Shown: positions 18,551 to 26,798 of the stretch, piece by piece | Numbering within the stretch: position 1 is the stretch's first letter | How the letters are laid out: every line of letters begins with the position of its first letter | Source: Candidatus Yonathbacteria bacterium | GTDB taxonomy: Bacteria; Patescibacteriota; Minisyncoccia; Phycocordibacterales; JACNGX01 | DNA length: 64,000 bases | Direction: 5' to 3' | Assembly: GCA_013334825.1 (NCBI GenBank) | Contig: JAAXWR010000002.1 | Span: 155,009 to 219,008 of the forward strand | The notes under the pieces: model-generated | The model's database searches: none | What the model was told of the DNA's origin: nothing | Seen by the model: only the letters and a program-made list of their open reading frames with translations | Made by a program: the position numbers and the translations under genes

Positions 18551-20356
18551 ATGTCAGCGGATCAACGTCATATCAGAAACTTCACCATCATTGCCCATAT
18601 CGACCACGGCAAGTCCACACTTGCCGACCGTATGCTTGAAATTACAGAAACGGTTGAAAAACGCAATATGAAAGAGCAAACACTTGATTCCATGGACTTG
18701 GAACGTGAACGGGGTATCACCATTAAGATGGCTCCTGTTTCGATGGATTTTACCATGAACGGAGAAATGTATGCACTCAACCTCATTGATACACCAGGGC
18801 ATATCGACTTTTCCTATGAAGTGTCTCGCGCGCTCCGTGCCGTGGAAGGAACAGTGCTTTTGGTTGACGCGACACAAGGTATCCAGGCACAAACATTATC
18901 TGTTCTTGGTATGGCGCGAGAATTGGGGCTTGTTGTTATTCCTGTTGTATCAAAGATTGACTCACCGCTCGCACGCGTTGATGAGGTGAAACTTGAAGTA
19001 GCAAGTTTACTTGAGTGTTCACCTGATGACGTGCTTGGCGTTTCTGGAAAAACAGGTGAAGGAGTTGCGTTGCTTCTTCAAACACTTGTCCGTACTGTCC
19101 CACCGCCGACGTCCGCGTATCCCGAAACGGGAAGCGCGCGCGCACTCATCTTTGATTTTGAATATTCTTCACATAAGGGCGTTATCGTCTATGTGCGTGT
19201 TCTTGATGGCACGATTCGTCCTGGTGATGGGCTTACCTTCATTCAAACAGAAAAACATTGCAAAGCAATTGAAACAGGAGTTTTTACCCCAAAGCAAAAA
19301 CCAATTGATGTACTTTCTGCTGGTTCTATCGGATATATTGTAACAGGGGTTAAGGAGGCGGGCGTCGCGTCTGTTGGTGATACGCTCTCTGTCCGTGGCA
19401 AAGAACTGCCAGCACTTTCAGGATATCTCGAACCAAAACCAGTTGTTTGGGCGTCCATTTTTCCTGAGAGTCAAGATGATTTTACCTTACTTCGTTCGTC
19501 GCTTGAACGACTCAAATTATCTGACCCGTCGGTATCGTTTGAAGAAGAAGCATCGGGTGTCATGGGACGAGGATTTCGATGTGGTTTCCTCGGGATGCTT
19601 CACTTGGAAATTGTGACGGAGCGATTACGTCGTGAATTTTCACTTGATTTGATTGTCGCGACTCCATCCATTACGTATGAGGTGGTGTTTAAAGGCGGTC
19701 GTCGTGAGATAATTTATTCCCCGTCACTTTTTCCTGATCATGGTATGTATGAAAAGTCGTATGAGCCGTGGGTAGACGCGCATATTATTATGCCATCGAC
19801 ATATGTAGGTGATGTGTCAAAGATACTCTATGATCATGAAGCTGAAACGGGAGATATGGAGAACTTTGGTGATGATCGTATGTCGCTTTCTCTCAAGATG
19901 CCACTTCGTGAACTTATGCGTAATTTTTTTGATGAACTCAAGAGTGCGTCATCTGGATTTGCGTCATTATCGTATGATATTACAGAACTTCGTGACGCGG
20001 ATGTGACGCGTTTGGATATCCTTGTCGCAGAGGAGGTTGTTCCTGCGTTTACGCGTGTTGTGTCAGTACGACGAGCAGAAGAAGAAGCCCGAAGTGCAGT
20101 GGAACGTCTCCACAAAGTGCTTCCGCGTCAGATGTTCGTAGTAAAAATTCAAGCGAAAGCGTTGGGGCGTATTATTGCGTCTGAAACAGTATCTGCGTTT
20201 CGTAAGGATGTAACCGCGAAATTGTACGGAGGAGATATTACGCGTAAAATGAAACTTCTCGAAAAACAGAAAAAAGGAAAAAAGAAAATGAAAGGAATGG
20301 GGAAGGTTAATATTCCTCAGGATGTCTTTGTAAAGATGATGAGACAAGGGGACTAG
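18551..20356 (+). CDS. lepA: Elongation factor 4 (LepA).
   Basis: IRNFTIIAHIDHGKSTLADR G1 motif and DTPGH. The LepA-specific C-terminus is LYGGDITRKMKLLEKQKKGKKKMK. Confidence 0.95.
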   Translation: MSADQRHIRNFTIIAHIDHGKSTLADRMLEITETVEKRNMKEQTLDSMDLERERGITIKMAPVSMDFTMNGEMYALNLIDTPGHIDFSYEVSRALRAVEGTVLLVDATQGIQAQTLSVLGMARELGLVVIPVVSKIDSPLARVDEVKLEVASLLECSPDDVLGVSGKTGEGVALLLQTLVRTVPPPTSAYPETGSARALIFDFEYSSHKGVIVYVRVLDGTIRPGDGLTFIQTEKHCKAIETGVFTPKQKPIDVLSAGSIGYIVTGVKEAGVASVGDTLSVRGKELPALSGYLEPKPVVWASIFPESQDDFTLLRSSLERLKLSDPSVSFEEEASGVMGRGFRCGFLGMLHLEIVTERLRREFSLDLIVATPSITYEVVFKGGRREIIYSPSLFPDHGMYEKSYEPWVDAHIIMPSTYVGDVSKILYDHEAETGDMENFGDDRMSLSLKMPLRELMRNFFDELKSASSGFASLSYDITELRDADVTRLDILVAEEVVPAFTRVVSVRRAEEEARSAVERLHKVLPRQMFVVKIQAKALGRIIASETVSAFRKDVTAKLYGGDITRKMKLLEKQKKGKKKMKGMGKVNIPQDVFVKMMRQGD

Positions 20357-20637
20357 TTTTTGGTCACTAGTAATTGGGATATCATATAATCTTGTATGAT
20401 ATTTTTCTCAATATGGCAGAAAATACGGAGTTTTCTCTTGTATGTTTTTCTGTGTTACTATTGAAAAATAGGCGTATAGAGAAGTGTCATACTGAGCATG
20501 ACAAGGACGGCGACGACTGTCCAGATGATGCGGATGGTTTTTTGGTGTTCGGGATTGAATATCATGGCACCTAGTATACATGAAATATATGTTCCGTGCA
20601 GTATCCTACATGTGTTTTTTTTCGTATAATAGAGGTC

Positions 20638-21030
20638 ATGGATATCAAGAAACACAATAAGCGTCGTATTAGTGCCAATACTGTTTTTTCTTCACATATG
20701 GCACTTGGTGGACTTCTTCTTGCGGTAGCGTTTTTAGGAAATGCGACATGGAACGTGTATCGAACATATCATGATGCTCGTGTGCGCGAATTGAGAACAA
20801 AAGATGAACTCTCTGCTTTGGTTTTACGAGAAGAGCATTTGGTGGGGGAGATCGCACGTCTCAATACAGAAGATGGACGTGAGGAAGAAATGCGTGAACG
20901 TTTTGGTGTAGGAAAAGAAGGGGAACATCTCATTGTCATTACAAAGAAAGAATCAGAAAATACTGATGGAAATCATCCGATTGTTCCGTGGTATGGAGTG
21001 ATTTGGAATCGTTTGTTTAAAAAAGAATAA
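20638..21030 (+). CDS. Septum formation initiator, FtsB/DivIC-like. The call is tentative.
   Basis: N-terminal transmembrane segment, a coiled coil (LREEHLVGEIARL) and a C-terminal ERFGVGKEGEHLIVI motif. Confidence 0.45.
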   Translation: MDIKKHNKRRISANTVFSSHMALGGLLLAVAFLGNATWNVYRTYHDARVRELRTKDELSALVLREEHLVGEIARLNTEDGREEEMRERFGVGKEGEHLIVITKKESENTDGNHPIVPWYGVIWNRLFKKE

Positions 21031-21079
21031 ATCGGTGTGTATGGACGGATAAAAGATGTCCGTGTACAATGACACGCAC

Positions 21080-21150
21080 GCGGAATTAGTTAAGTGGCAT
21101 AACATTAGCTTCCCAAGCTGAGATCGCGGGTCCGATTCCCGCATTCCGCA
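21080..21150 (+). tRNA. tRNA-Gly (anticodon CCC).
   Basis: Manual fold: acceptor GCGGAAT/ATTCCGC, D-stem GTTA/TAAC, anticodon loop UUCCCAA, T-arm GCGGG-TCCGATT-CCCGC. CCA is not encoded. Confidence 0.8.
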
Positions 21151-21478
21151 CAAAGGACGCCCTTCAGGGGCGTCCTTTGTGCGGAATGAGCGAGCAAACT
21201 GCTTTGCTCGCGTTGGGAATCGGACGGCTCGGCGATGTTGTCGCTTGCGACGACCGCGAGCCGCGTCCAGGAGTACTTAGCGGATTGCGAATAAGTGAAG
21301 CAATACGCTTAGTAACTCCGGGACGATTCCCGCATTCCGCACCCAGCCCTACTTTCATAACAAACGCATGTACACTACATGCGTTTGTTATGTGATTATT
21401 AGAAATATATATTATTGAGTGTTTAATGAAAGTAGAGCTGGGTGCGGAATGAGCGAGCAAACTGCTTGATATACATTA
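21151..21478 (+). repeat. Composite element downstream of tRNA-Gly. It contains a terminator hairpin, an inverted copy of the tRNA 3' end split by a CTGC-loop hairpin, an H2 module, a direct copy of the 3' end, a roughly 105-bp CCCAGCC hairpin and a second truncated inverted copy.
   Basis: 21180-21227 reads TGCGGAATG[AGCGAGCAAACTGCTTTGCTCGC]GTTGGGAATCGGACGG. 21319-21341 reads CGGGACGATTCCCGCATTCCGCA. 21342-21447 reads CCCAGCCCTACTTTCAT..ATGAAAGTAGAGCTGGG. The 24-bp string TGCGGAATGAGCGAGCAAACTGCT occurs at both 21180 and 21447. Confidence 0.8.
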
Positions 21479-22633
21479 TTATCCGCAAATTGCGGCTCGT
21501 ATTGCTGGTACGACAGCGGGGTCCATTACTGTCGGCATGATATGTTCGGGTGTTGGTTCTGTTACAACAGACGCAATTGCTTCGGCGGTGGCGATTTTCA
21601 CCTCAGTCATATGTTCAGAGAGAACACATTTTTTTGGAATCGTGTTTGCGTCAAGAAGAGCACGAAAGATACCGGGAAAAACGAGCGCATTGTTGATTTG
21701 ATTAGGAAAATCAGAGCGTCCAGTACCGATAATAAATGCACCAGCTTCTTTTGCGTCGTCAGGAAGTATTTCAGGCTCAGGATTTGCCATAGCAAAGATG
21801 ATAGGACGTGGTGCCATGGAACGAACCATTTCCTGTGAAAGAAGTCCTGGCCCAGATACACCGACAAAAGCATCTACACCAATGAGTGCGTCTGAGAGAC
21901 TTCCTGTTATTCCGCGCGGATTTGAAATGTTCGCTATGTGTTCTTTATATACATTCATCCCATCGCGTCCAAGTGCAACAATACCTTTGCTATCGACAAG
22001 AATGATATCAGATATACCGTATGCGGAAAAAAGTCGTGCGATAGCGATACCTGCCGCACCTGCACCGTTCACGACAATCTTTAAGGTACGTATATCTCCT
22101 CCGCGAACTTTTGTTGCATTGATGAGCGCTGCAAGTGCGACGATTGCCGTTCCGTCCTGATCGTCATGAAAGACGGGGATAGAAAGTTCTTTTTCTAAAC
22201 GGTCAAGAATATCAAAACATCGTGGCGCGGAAATATCTTCCAAATTAATTCCCCCAAACGAAGGTGCTATCTGTTTGCAAAAACGGACAATCTCTTCTGC
22301 GTCTTGAGTAGCGATACATAATGGGACAGCGTCAACGTCGGCAAGTGTTTTGAATATCATTGCCTTTCCTTCCATGACTGGCAACCCTGCTTCAGGACCG
22401 ATATTTCCAAGACCAAGGATAGCAGAGCCATCGGAGACGATTGCAATGGTATTGCTTTTATTGGTGAGAGAGTTTACTTGTTCAGGATGCGCCACAATTT
22501 CCATGCATACTTTTCCAACACCAGGTGTGTATGCGAGTGCAAGATCCACAGCATCGTTGAGTGGAGCTTTAGGTTTAATTTCTATTTTACCGCGATGTGC
22601 GCGATGATAATCAAGTGGGTCCATAGATGTCAA
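21479..22633 (-). CDS. NAD(P)-dependent malic enzyme (short form).
   Basis: Malic-enzyme N-terminal region (LAYTPGVGKVCMEI) and a Rossmann motif VVNGAGAAGIAIARL. Confidence 0.85.
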   Translation of the reverse strand: MTSMDPLDYHRAHRGKIEIKPKAPLNDAVDLALAYTPGVGKVCMEIVAHPEQVNSLTNKSNTIAIVSDGSAILGLGNIGPEAGLPVMEGKAMIFKTLADVDAVPLCIATQDAEEIVRFCKQIAPSFGGINLEDISAPRCFDILDRLEKELSIPVFHDDQDGTAIVALAALINATKVRGGDIRTLKIVVNGAGAAGIAIARLFSAYGISDIILVDSKGIVALGRDGMNVYKEHIANISNPRGITGSLSDALIGVDAFVGVSGPGLLSQEMVRSMAPRPIIFAMANPEPEILPDDAKEAGAFIIGTGRSDFPNQINNALVFPGIFRALLDANTIPKKCVLSEHMTEVKIATAEAIASVVTEPTPEHIMPTVMDPAVVPAIRAAICG

Positions 22634-22724
22634 AAAAGGATATAATGCAATGCATTATACCCCGGGGAGGTTCCCTGCGCTAGTGTGACTTTCATATATT
22701 CTGTAAGGACGATATACTTACCTT

Positions 22725-23915
22725 ATGGAAAAAGCACCTCGCCGAAATGAAAAAGCACATGCAGATGAAAACTCATTTTCTAATGGTGTACCTGATAATG
22801 TCCCTGAAGTAACTTCTCTGAAAGGTGGTAAGGAAGGTGGTGATGTAGCTTCTCATGAAAAAGCAAAGCATCTTCTTATGGAGATCGAATCAACGAAAGG
22901 AGTTTCTCCTTCGGGGGGACAAGAGACTTCTGTGTCAGAAAAAAAAGAAGAGCATGAATCTGTCCCCAATCCTTCACGGAGACGTTTTTTGAGACAAGTA
23001 TTTACATATGGAGCAGGAGCGACGATTGTGTCGATTCCATTTTTGGGAAGACTCTTTAATAAGGGTGATGTGGTATCAGAGAAAGATAAAAAGGAAGTGA
23101 ACGATGTAAATCGTCTTGCTCGTGAACTTGATGCTGTTGAGAAAGATGATAGTATTGAGCGACGTGAGCGTTTTATAAAACGAGTGAGAGAGACAGGAGA
23201 ATTCATTGTAAGGGACGAAGATACCATACTTGATACGGATGTGATGGAAGCATTGGAAGAGTATTGGCAAAAACAATTCATGACACGACGTGATGGACGT
23301 GAAGATGTTCCTTTTGCGTGGGAAGATATACTTCTTGCCAGAGAACGTATGCGCCCGTATATGCCGTCTATGCGGAGAGCATTTAAAAATCAAGGACTTT
23401 CTGATGCACTTGTAGGACTCGCTATTGTGGAGTCATGGGGAGATAGGTTTGCGCGCTCTCACGCGGGAGCAAAAGGACTGTATCAGTTTACGGAGAGTAC
23501 TGGGCGTATGTATGGACTTGAAACAGAGGCAGATTTTTTTGATCCTATAACATCATCTCTTGCTGCGGCGAAGTATATTGCCACGATGTATGATGTAAAT
23601 GGGGGGAGTCTTCCACTCGCTCTTCACGAATATAATGGGGGATACGCGCTGGCATATAGAATGAACCACACAGATAAAAAAGCTGACTATGTGGGATTTT
23701 TGAAAGAAATGGAGTATGTTATTAATGAAAAGAGACATGCATTTGGAGATATAGATGAACGGACATTTCTTGAAGAAGTGAAGGACGTTAATGGTTCTTT
23801 GCATGGGCTCTTTGAGAATGTTGTGTATCCTGCAAAAGTATTTGCGGCGGAATACGCGATGAGACAAGCTGATAAAGAAGAATTGGAAAAGGAGACGCTT
23901 CTTGCTCGTCGCTGA
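22725..23915 (+). CDS. Lytic transglycosylase (SLT) domain protein with a twin-arginine-like signal.
   Basis: SRRRFLRQV then a hydrophobic stretch. The SLT core is VESWGDRFARSHAGAKGLYQFTESTG..AAAKYI. Confidence 0.65.
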   Translation: MEKAPRRNEKAHADENSFSNGVPDNVPEVTSLKGGKEGGDVASHEKAKHLLMEIESTKGVSPSGGQETSVSEKKEEHESVPNPSRRRFLRQVFTYGAGATIVSIPFLGRLFNKGDVVSEKDKKEVNDVNRLARELDAVEKDDSIERRERFIKRVRETGEFIVRDEDTILDTDVMEALEEYWQKQFMTRRDGREDVPFAWEDILLARERMRPYMPSMRRAFKNQGLSDALVGLAIVESWGDRFARSHAGAKGLYQFTESTGRMYGLETEADFFDPITSSLAAAKYIATMYDVNGGSLPLALHEYNGGYALAYRMNHTDKKADYVGFLKEMEYVINEKRHAFGDIDERTFLEEVKDVNGSLHGLFENVVYPAKVFAAEYAMRQADKEELEKETLLARR

Positions 23916-24029
23916 TACCCCCATGGGGTATGTTGCGCATCATGTTTCATGTGGTATACTAGAATCTATTAATCGTTTTGGATGATATATCGCATTTGCG
24001 ATATGCCAGCCATAGTTATTTTTTTACAC

Positions 24030-24269
24030 ATGGAACAAAAGACTGTTATTGTATATTCCACGCCAACATGTGCGTTTTGCCACATGGCAAAGGAATATTT
24101 TACTCAGAACAATGTCGCGTTTACCGATCACAATGTCGCGACCGATTTGGAAAAGCGTCAGGAGATGCTTGAACTCACGGGACAGATGGGTGTTCCTGTT
24201 ATCAAAATCGGTGATGATATTGTCATTGGTTTTGATCAAGGACACATTGCTGAATTGCTCGGACTGTAA
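24030..24269 (+). CDS. Glutaredoxin-like protein (NrdH-like).
   Basis: A 79-aa thioredoxin-fold protein carrying a CAFC redox motif and the GVPVIKIGD signature. Confidence 0.75.
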   Translation: MEQKTVIVYSTPTCAFCHMAKEYFTQNNVAFTDHNVATDLEKRQEMLELTGQMGVPVIKIGDDIVIGFDQGHIAELLGL

Positions 24270-24334
24270 TCTTGAGAAAAAATATGCTTTAATGAAAGCG
24301 CCGTATCCTTTTATAGGGTCGGCGCTTTCATCAT

Positions 24335-24406
24335 CCCTTCGTAGCTCAATGGATAGAGCAACTCCGTCCTAAGGAGAAGATGTAGGTTCGACTCCCGCCG
24401 AAGGGA
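24335..24406 (+). tRNA. tRNA-Arg (anticodon CCT).
   Basis: Manual fold: acceptor CCCTTCG/CGAAGGG, D-stem GCTC/GAGC, anticodon loop GUCCUAA, T-loop TTCGACT. There is one mismatch in the anticodon stem and one in the T-stem. Confidence 0.6.
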
Positions 24407-24670
24407 CATATTGAAAAACACCCTTTAGGGTGTTTTTCAATATGTCCCTTCGGAGTAAGCCGACTGCTCGGCTTACGTCGGGAGTCGAACTGAGCACCAC
24501 TTTTGCTGTTGCAAAAGTGGTGCTCGACGTCCAGCGGTACTTATGGAAATGCGAGTGCCCGAAGCATTTCCATTAGTAACCGCGGGACGATTCCTGCCGA
24601 GGGGTTTTTGATTGTGAGCGTATCCCGCGAACCTTTCCGAGCAGTGAGTGTTCCTGCCGAGGGGACAGGC
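24407..24670 (+). repeat. Composite element downstream of tRNA-Arg. It contains a 21-bp-stem hairpin, an inverted 3' copy split by a CTGC-loop hairpin, and H1, H2 and degenerate direct 3' copies.
   Basis: GGGACATATTGAAAAACACCC..GGGTGTTTTTCAATATGTCCC, then TTCGG[AGTAAGCCGACTGCTCGGCTTACGT]CGGGAGTCGAAC. H1 is GAGCACCACTTTTGC..GCAAAAGTGGTGCTC. H2 is GTCCAGCGGTACTTAT..TTAGTAACC followed by GCGGGACGATTCCTGCCGAGGGG. Confidence 0.8.
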
Positions 24671-24823
24671 GAGTTTTAAGTTTATAGTTTCAAGAGCACG
24701 GAAAATATATTTTTTAGTGTTTTTTAACTTATAATTTGAAGTTCACGACTTTTGTAAAATTAAAGAATGAGATATAGTCCATTCTTATTTCCATATACAA
24801 GTATTCATGATACCATATAGTCC

Positions 24824-25174
24824 ATGATGGACATGGAGCTTAAACACAAGCTCGACGAGCTTGAAACAGTTACTCATGAAAATAATGAGATATTGCGTGG
24901 TATACAACGTTCCGCGCGCCTGCAACGCATCTTGTCTATCATTAAATGGGTGATGATTGTCATTTTTGCCATGGCGGGGTATTATGTCCTTCAGCCATTC
25001 GTGGATAGCGCCAGAAAGACGTATGAGGCGCTTCAAAGTGGTGTTATGGAGGTAAAGGAAGTACAGAGCACATTGCCAGATTTGACGCTCTTATTTCAAT
25101 TATTAGGGTCGCAAAAGCCCTCAAAACAAGACGCTGAAAAGAGTGCAGAAATGACAGTGCCTGTTACAGAATAG
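24824..25174 (+). CDS. Hypothetical small membrane protein of 116 aa.
   Basis: ORF with a central hydrophobic helix (IIKWVMIVIFAMAGYYVL). No motif recognised. Confidence 0.35.
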   Translation: MMDMELKHKLDELETVTHENNEILRGIQRSARLQRILSIIKWVMIVIFAMAGYYVLQPFVDSARKTYEALQSGVMEVKEVQSTLPDLTLLFQLLGSQKPSKQDAEKSAEMTVPVTE

Positions 25175-25191
25175 AAGTATCATACCAATTT

Positions 25192-25264
25192 GCCGAGGTA
25201 GCTCAGTTGGTAGAGCATACGCCTGAAGAGCGTGTGGTCGGCGGTTCGAGCCCGCCCCTCGGCA
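25192..25264 (+). tRNA. tRNA-Phe (anticodon GAA).
   Basis: Manual fold: perfect acceptor GCCGAGG/CCTCGGC, D-arm GCTCAGTTGGTAGAGC, anticodon loop CUGAAGA, T-loop TTCGAGC. Confidence 0.9.
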
Positions 25265-25400
25265 CCCAGCCCTACATTCATAATAAACGCATGTACACCA
25301 CGTGCGTTTATTTTGTGATTGTTGCATTTTTACATATTGCCACCTTTCATGAATGTAGGGCTGGGTGCCGAGGGAGGAAGGCAACTGCTTGCCCACAGTT
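25265..25400 (+). repeat. Composite element downstream of tRNA-Phe. It is a roughly 100-bp CCCAGCC hairpin module followed by an inverted acceptor copy and a CTGC-loop hairpin.
   Basis: CCCAGCCCTACATTCATAATAAACGCATGTACACCACGTGCGTTTATT..CATGAATGTAGGGCTGGG, then GTGCCGAGGGAGGAAGGCAACTGCTTGCCC. Confidence 0.8.
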
Positions 25401-25454
25401 TTATTCCTCAGGAATATGTTTGTAGAAATATGAAGATTTATGTAATTTCGAATC

Positions 25455-25492
25455 TGTATTGACAATGTATATACATTGTATATACTTATGAT
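25455..25492 (+). promoter_or_regulatory. Putative promoter and operator of the dinJ-yafQ operon.
   Basis: TTGACA, then the 18-bp perfect palindrome ACAATGTATATACATTGT, then TATACT, about 10 nt ahead of the ATG. Confidence 0.5.
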
Positions 25493-25747
25493 ATGACTAC
25501 GCTTAATATAAGAATTGAAGAAAAAATTAAAGTGAAGGCAAATAAAACATTATCTTCACTTGGGCTTGATATGTCTACGGCAGTTAAGATATTTTTGAAT
25601 CAAGTTATTATAGAAGACGGTTTACCGTTTACCCCTACGAATAATAAACTTATGCTAAAAGAACGTTGGGATAAACAAACTGCTCATGCATTGAAGTATG
25701 GAAAAAATTACAAAAATGGTAAAGATGTATTGTCTGACATAGTGTAA
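25493..25747 (+). CDS. dinJ: Type II antitoxin, DinJ/RelB family.
   Basis: MTTLNIRIEEKIKVKANKTLSSLGLDMSTAVKIFLNQVIIEDGLPF matches the DinJ RHH N-terminus. Confidence 0.8.
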   Translation: MTTLNIRIEEKIKVKANKTLSSLGLDMSTAVKIFLNQVIIEDGLPFTPTNNKLMLKERWDKQTAHALKYGKNYKNGKDVLSDIV

Positions 25748-25758
25748 TATTTTTTTGT

Positions 25759-26040
25759 ATGTATACGATACGTCGTTCAAAAGACTTTGAATTATCTATT
25801 AAACGTCTAAAACATGCAGGGTTAAAGCCGTCAGTAAAACATGATATTGAGTGTGTTATCGATTTGCTTGCTTTAGGGGAAAAGTTACCCGCGAAATATA
25901 GAGATCACAAATTACAAGGAGAACTTTCAGCGTATAGAGAGTGTCATATAAAAGGAGATTTGCTTTTGATTTATATGATAAGAAAAGAGTACATGATATT
26001 GATTCTTGTTGATATCGGTTCTCACGCGCAATTATTTTAA
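25759..26040 (+). CDS. yafQ: Type II toxin, YafQ (RelE/ParE superfamily).
   Basis: DHKLQGELSAYRECHIKGDLLLIY..GSHAQLF matches the YafQ consensus, and it lies immediately downstream of dinJ. Confidence 0.8.
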   Translation: MYTIRRSKDFELSIKRLKHAGLKPSVKHDIECVIDLLALGEKLPAKYRDHKLQGELSAYRECHIKGDLLLIYMIRKEYMILILVDIGSHAQLF

Positions 26041-26149
26041 ATACGAAAATAGTCTCTCTCTATTGAGAGATATTTAGTAAAGTTTCCATACACACACTGG
26101 AGGGCGTAAGCCCTCCAGTGTGTGTATAATTACTTCGTGCTTCCCGTCT

Positions 26150-26240
26150 TGTTTCGTATGTTCCCTAGCACTGTGCATTGTGCACCACGTAGGATGCACA
26201 GCACGCCACGTGGGGTGCAGGGCAATCGTACTATTCGTAC
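26150..26240. repeat. Palindromic element of about 90 bp rich in CACGTGG, copy A (MITE-like).
   Basis: CCCTAGCACTGTGCATTGTGCACCACGTAGGATGCACAGCACGCCACGTGGGGTGCAGGG flanked by GTTTCGTATG / GTACTATTCGTAC. This is the reverse complement of the copies at 39583-39666 and 41563-41652. Confidence 0.75.
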
Positions 26241-26309
26241 TTCGTAACCCTTAATTCTTGCTTCGTGATTCCAGTATCCGTCCCTATCACCCATCACCTC
26301 TCTCCTAAT

Positions 26310-26798
26310 TTAATTCCCCTTTACCTTTACACGAGAGTGTTTATCACGGTCTATTTTAGGCATGCGGATTGTGAGTAGTCCGTTGCGTTCAGTTGCTTCA
26401 GCAGCATCAGGGTCAATTTCTACCGAGAGGGGAATGACACGTGAGAATGAACCCCAATACAGTTCCCGATACATAAAGCCATCATTTTCGATAATACCCG
26501 AATCGTCTTCGCGGGTACCTTTGATGGTTACCTCGTTACGACTGATGGAAACTTCAAGGTCACTCGGATCAACACCCGCAATCATTGATTTGATAACCAA
26601 ATCATCACCTTGTTCATACATATCAACAGTGAGTTCTCCTTCCTCGTCTTCTTCTTCCCACATATCGGCAGCTGTTTCTTCGCGCTCTGTGGGCGATTCG
26701 TCTTCATCAGCGAATATGGTGTCGCGTTCATCTTCATCACGTGGCGTTACCGCGCCTGCGATGCGTCCGAACAGAGATGTGCGTTTTCGTTTCATCAT
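26310..26798 (-). CDS. Hsp20/alpha-crystallin family small heat-shock protein.
   Basis: Alpha-crystallin domain motifs (RELYWGSFSRVIPLSVEIDPD, GLLTIRMPK). Acidic N-terminal region. Confidence 0.85.
   Translation of the reverse strand: MMKRKRTSLFGRIAGAVTPRDEDERDTIFADEDESPTEREETAADMWEEEDEEGELTVDMYEQGDDLVIKSMIAGVDPSDLEVSISRNEVTIKGTREDDSGIIENDGFMYRELYWGSFSRVIPLSVEIDPDAAEATERNGLLTIRMPKIDRDKHSRVKVKGN

Noticed and set aside
21177-21460. ORFs 21177-21395 (plus) and 21164-21460 (minus) downstream of tRNA-Gly
   Set aside because: They lie entirely within the structured repeat composite. The reading frames cross multiple hairpins and partial tRNA copies.
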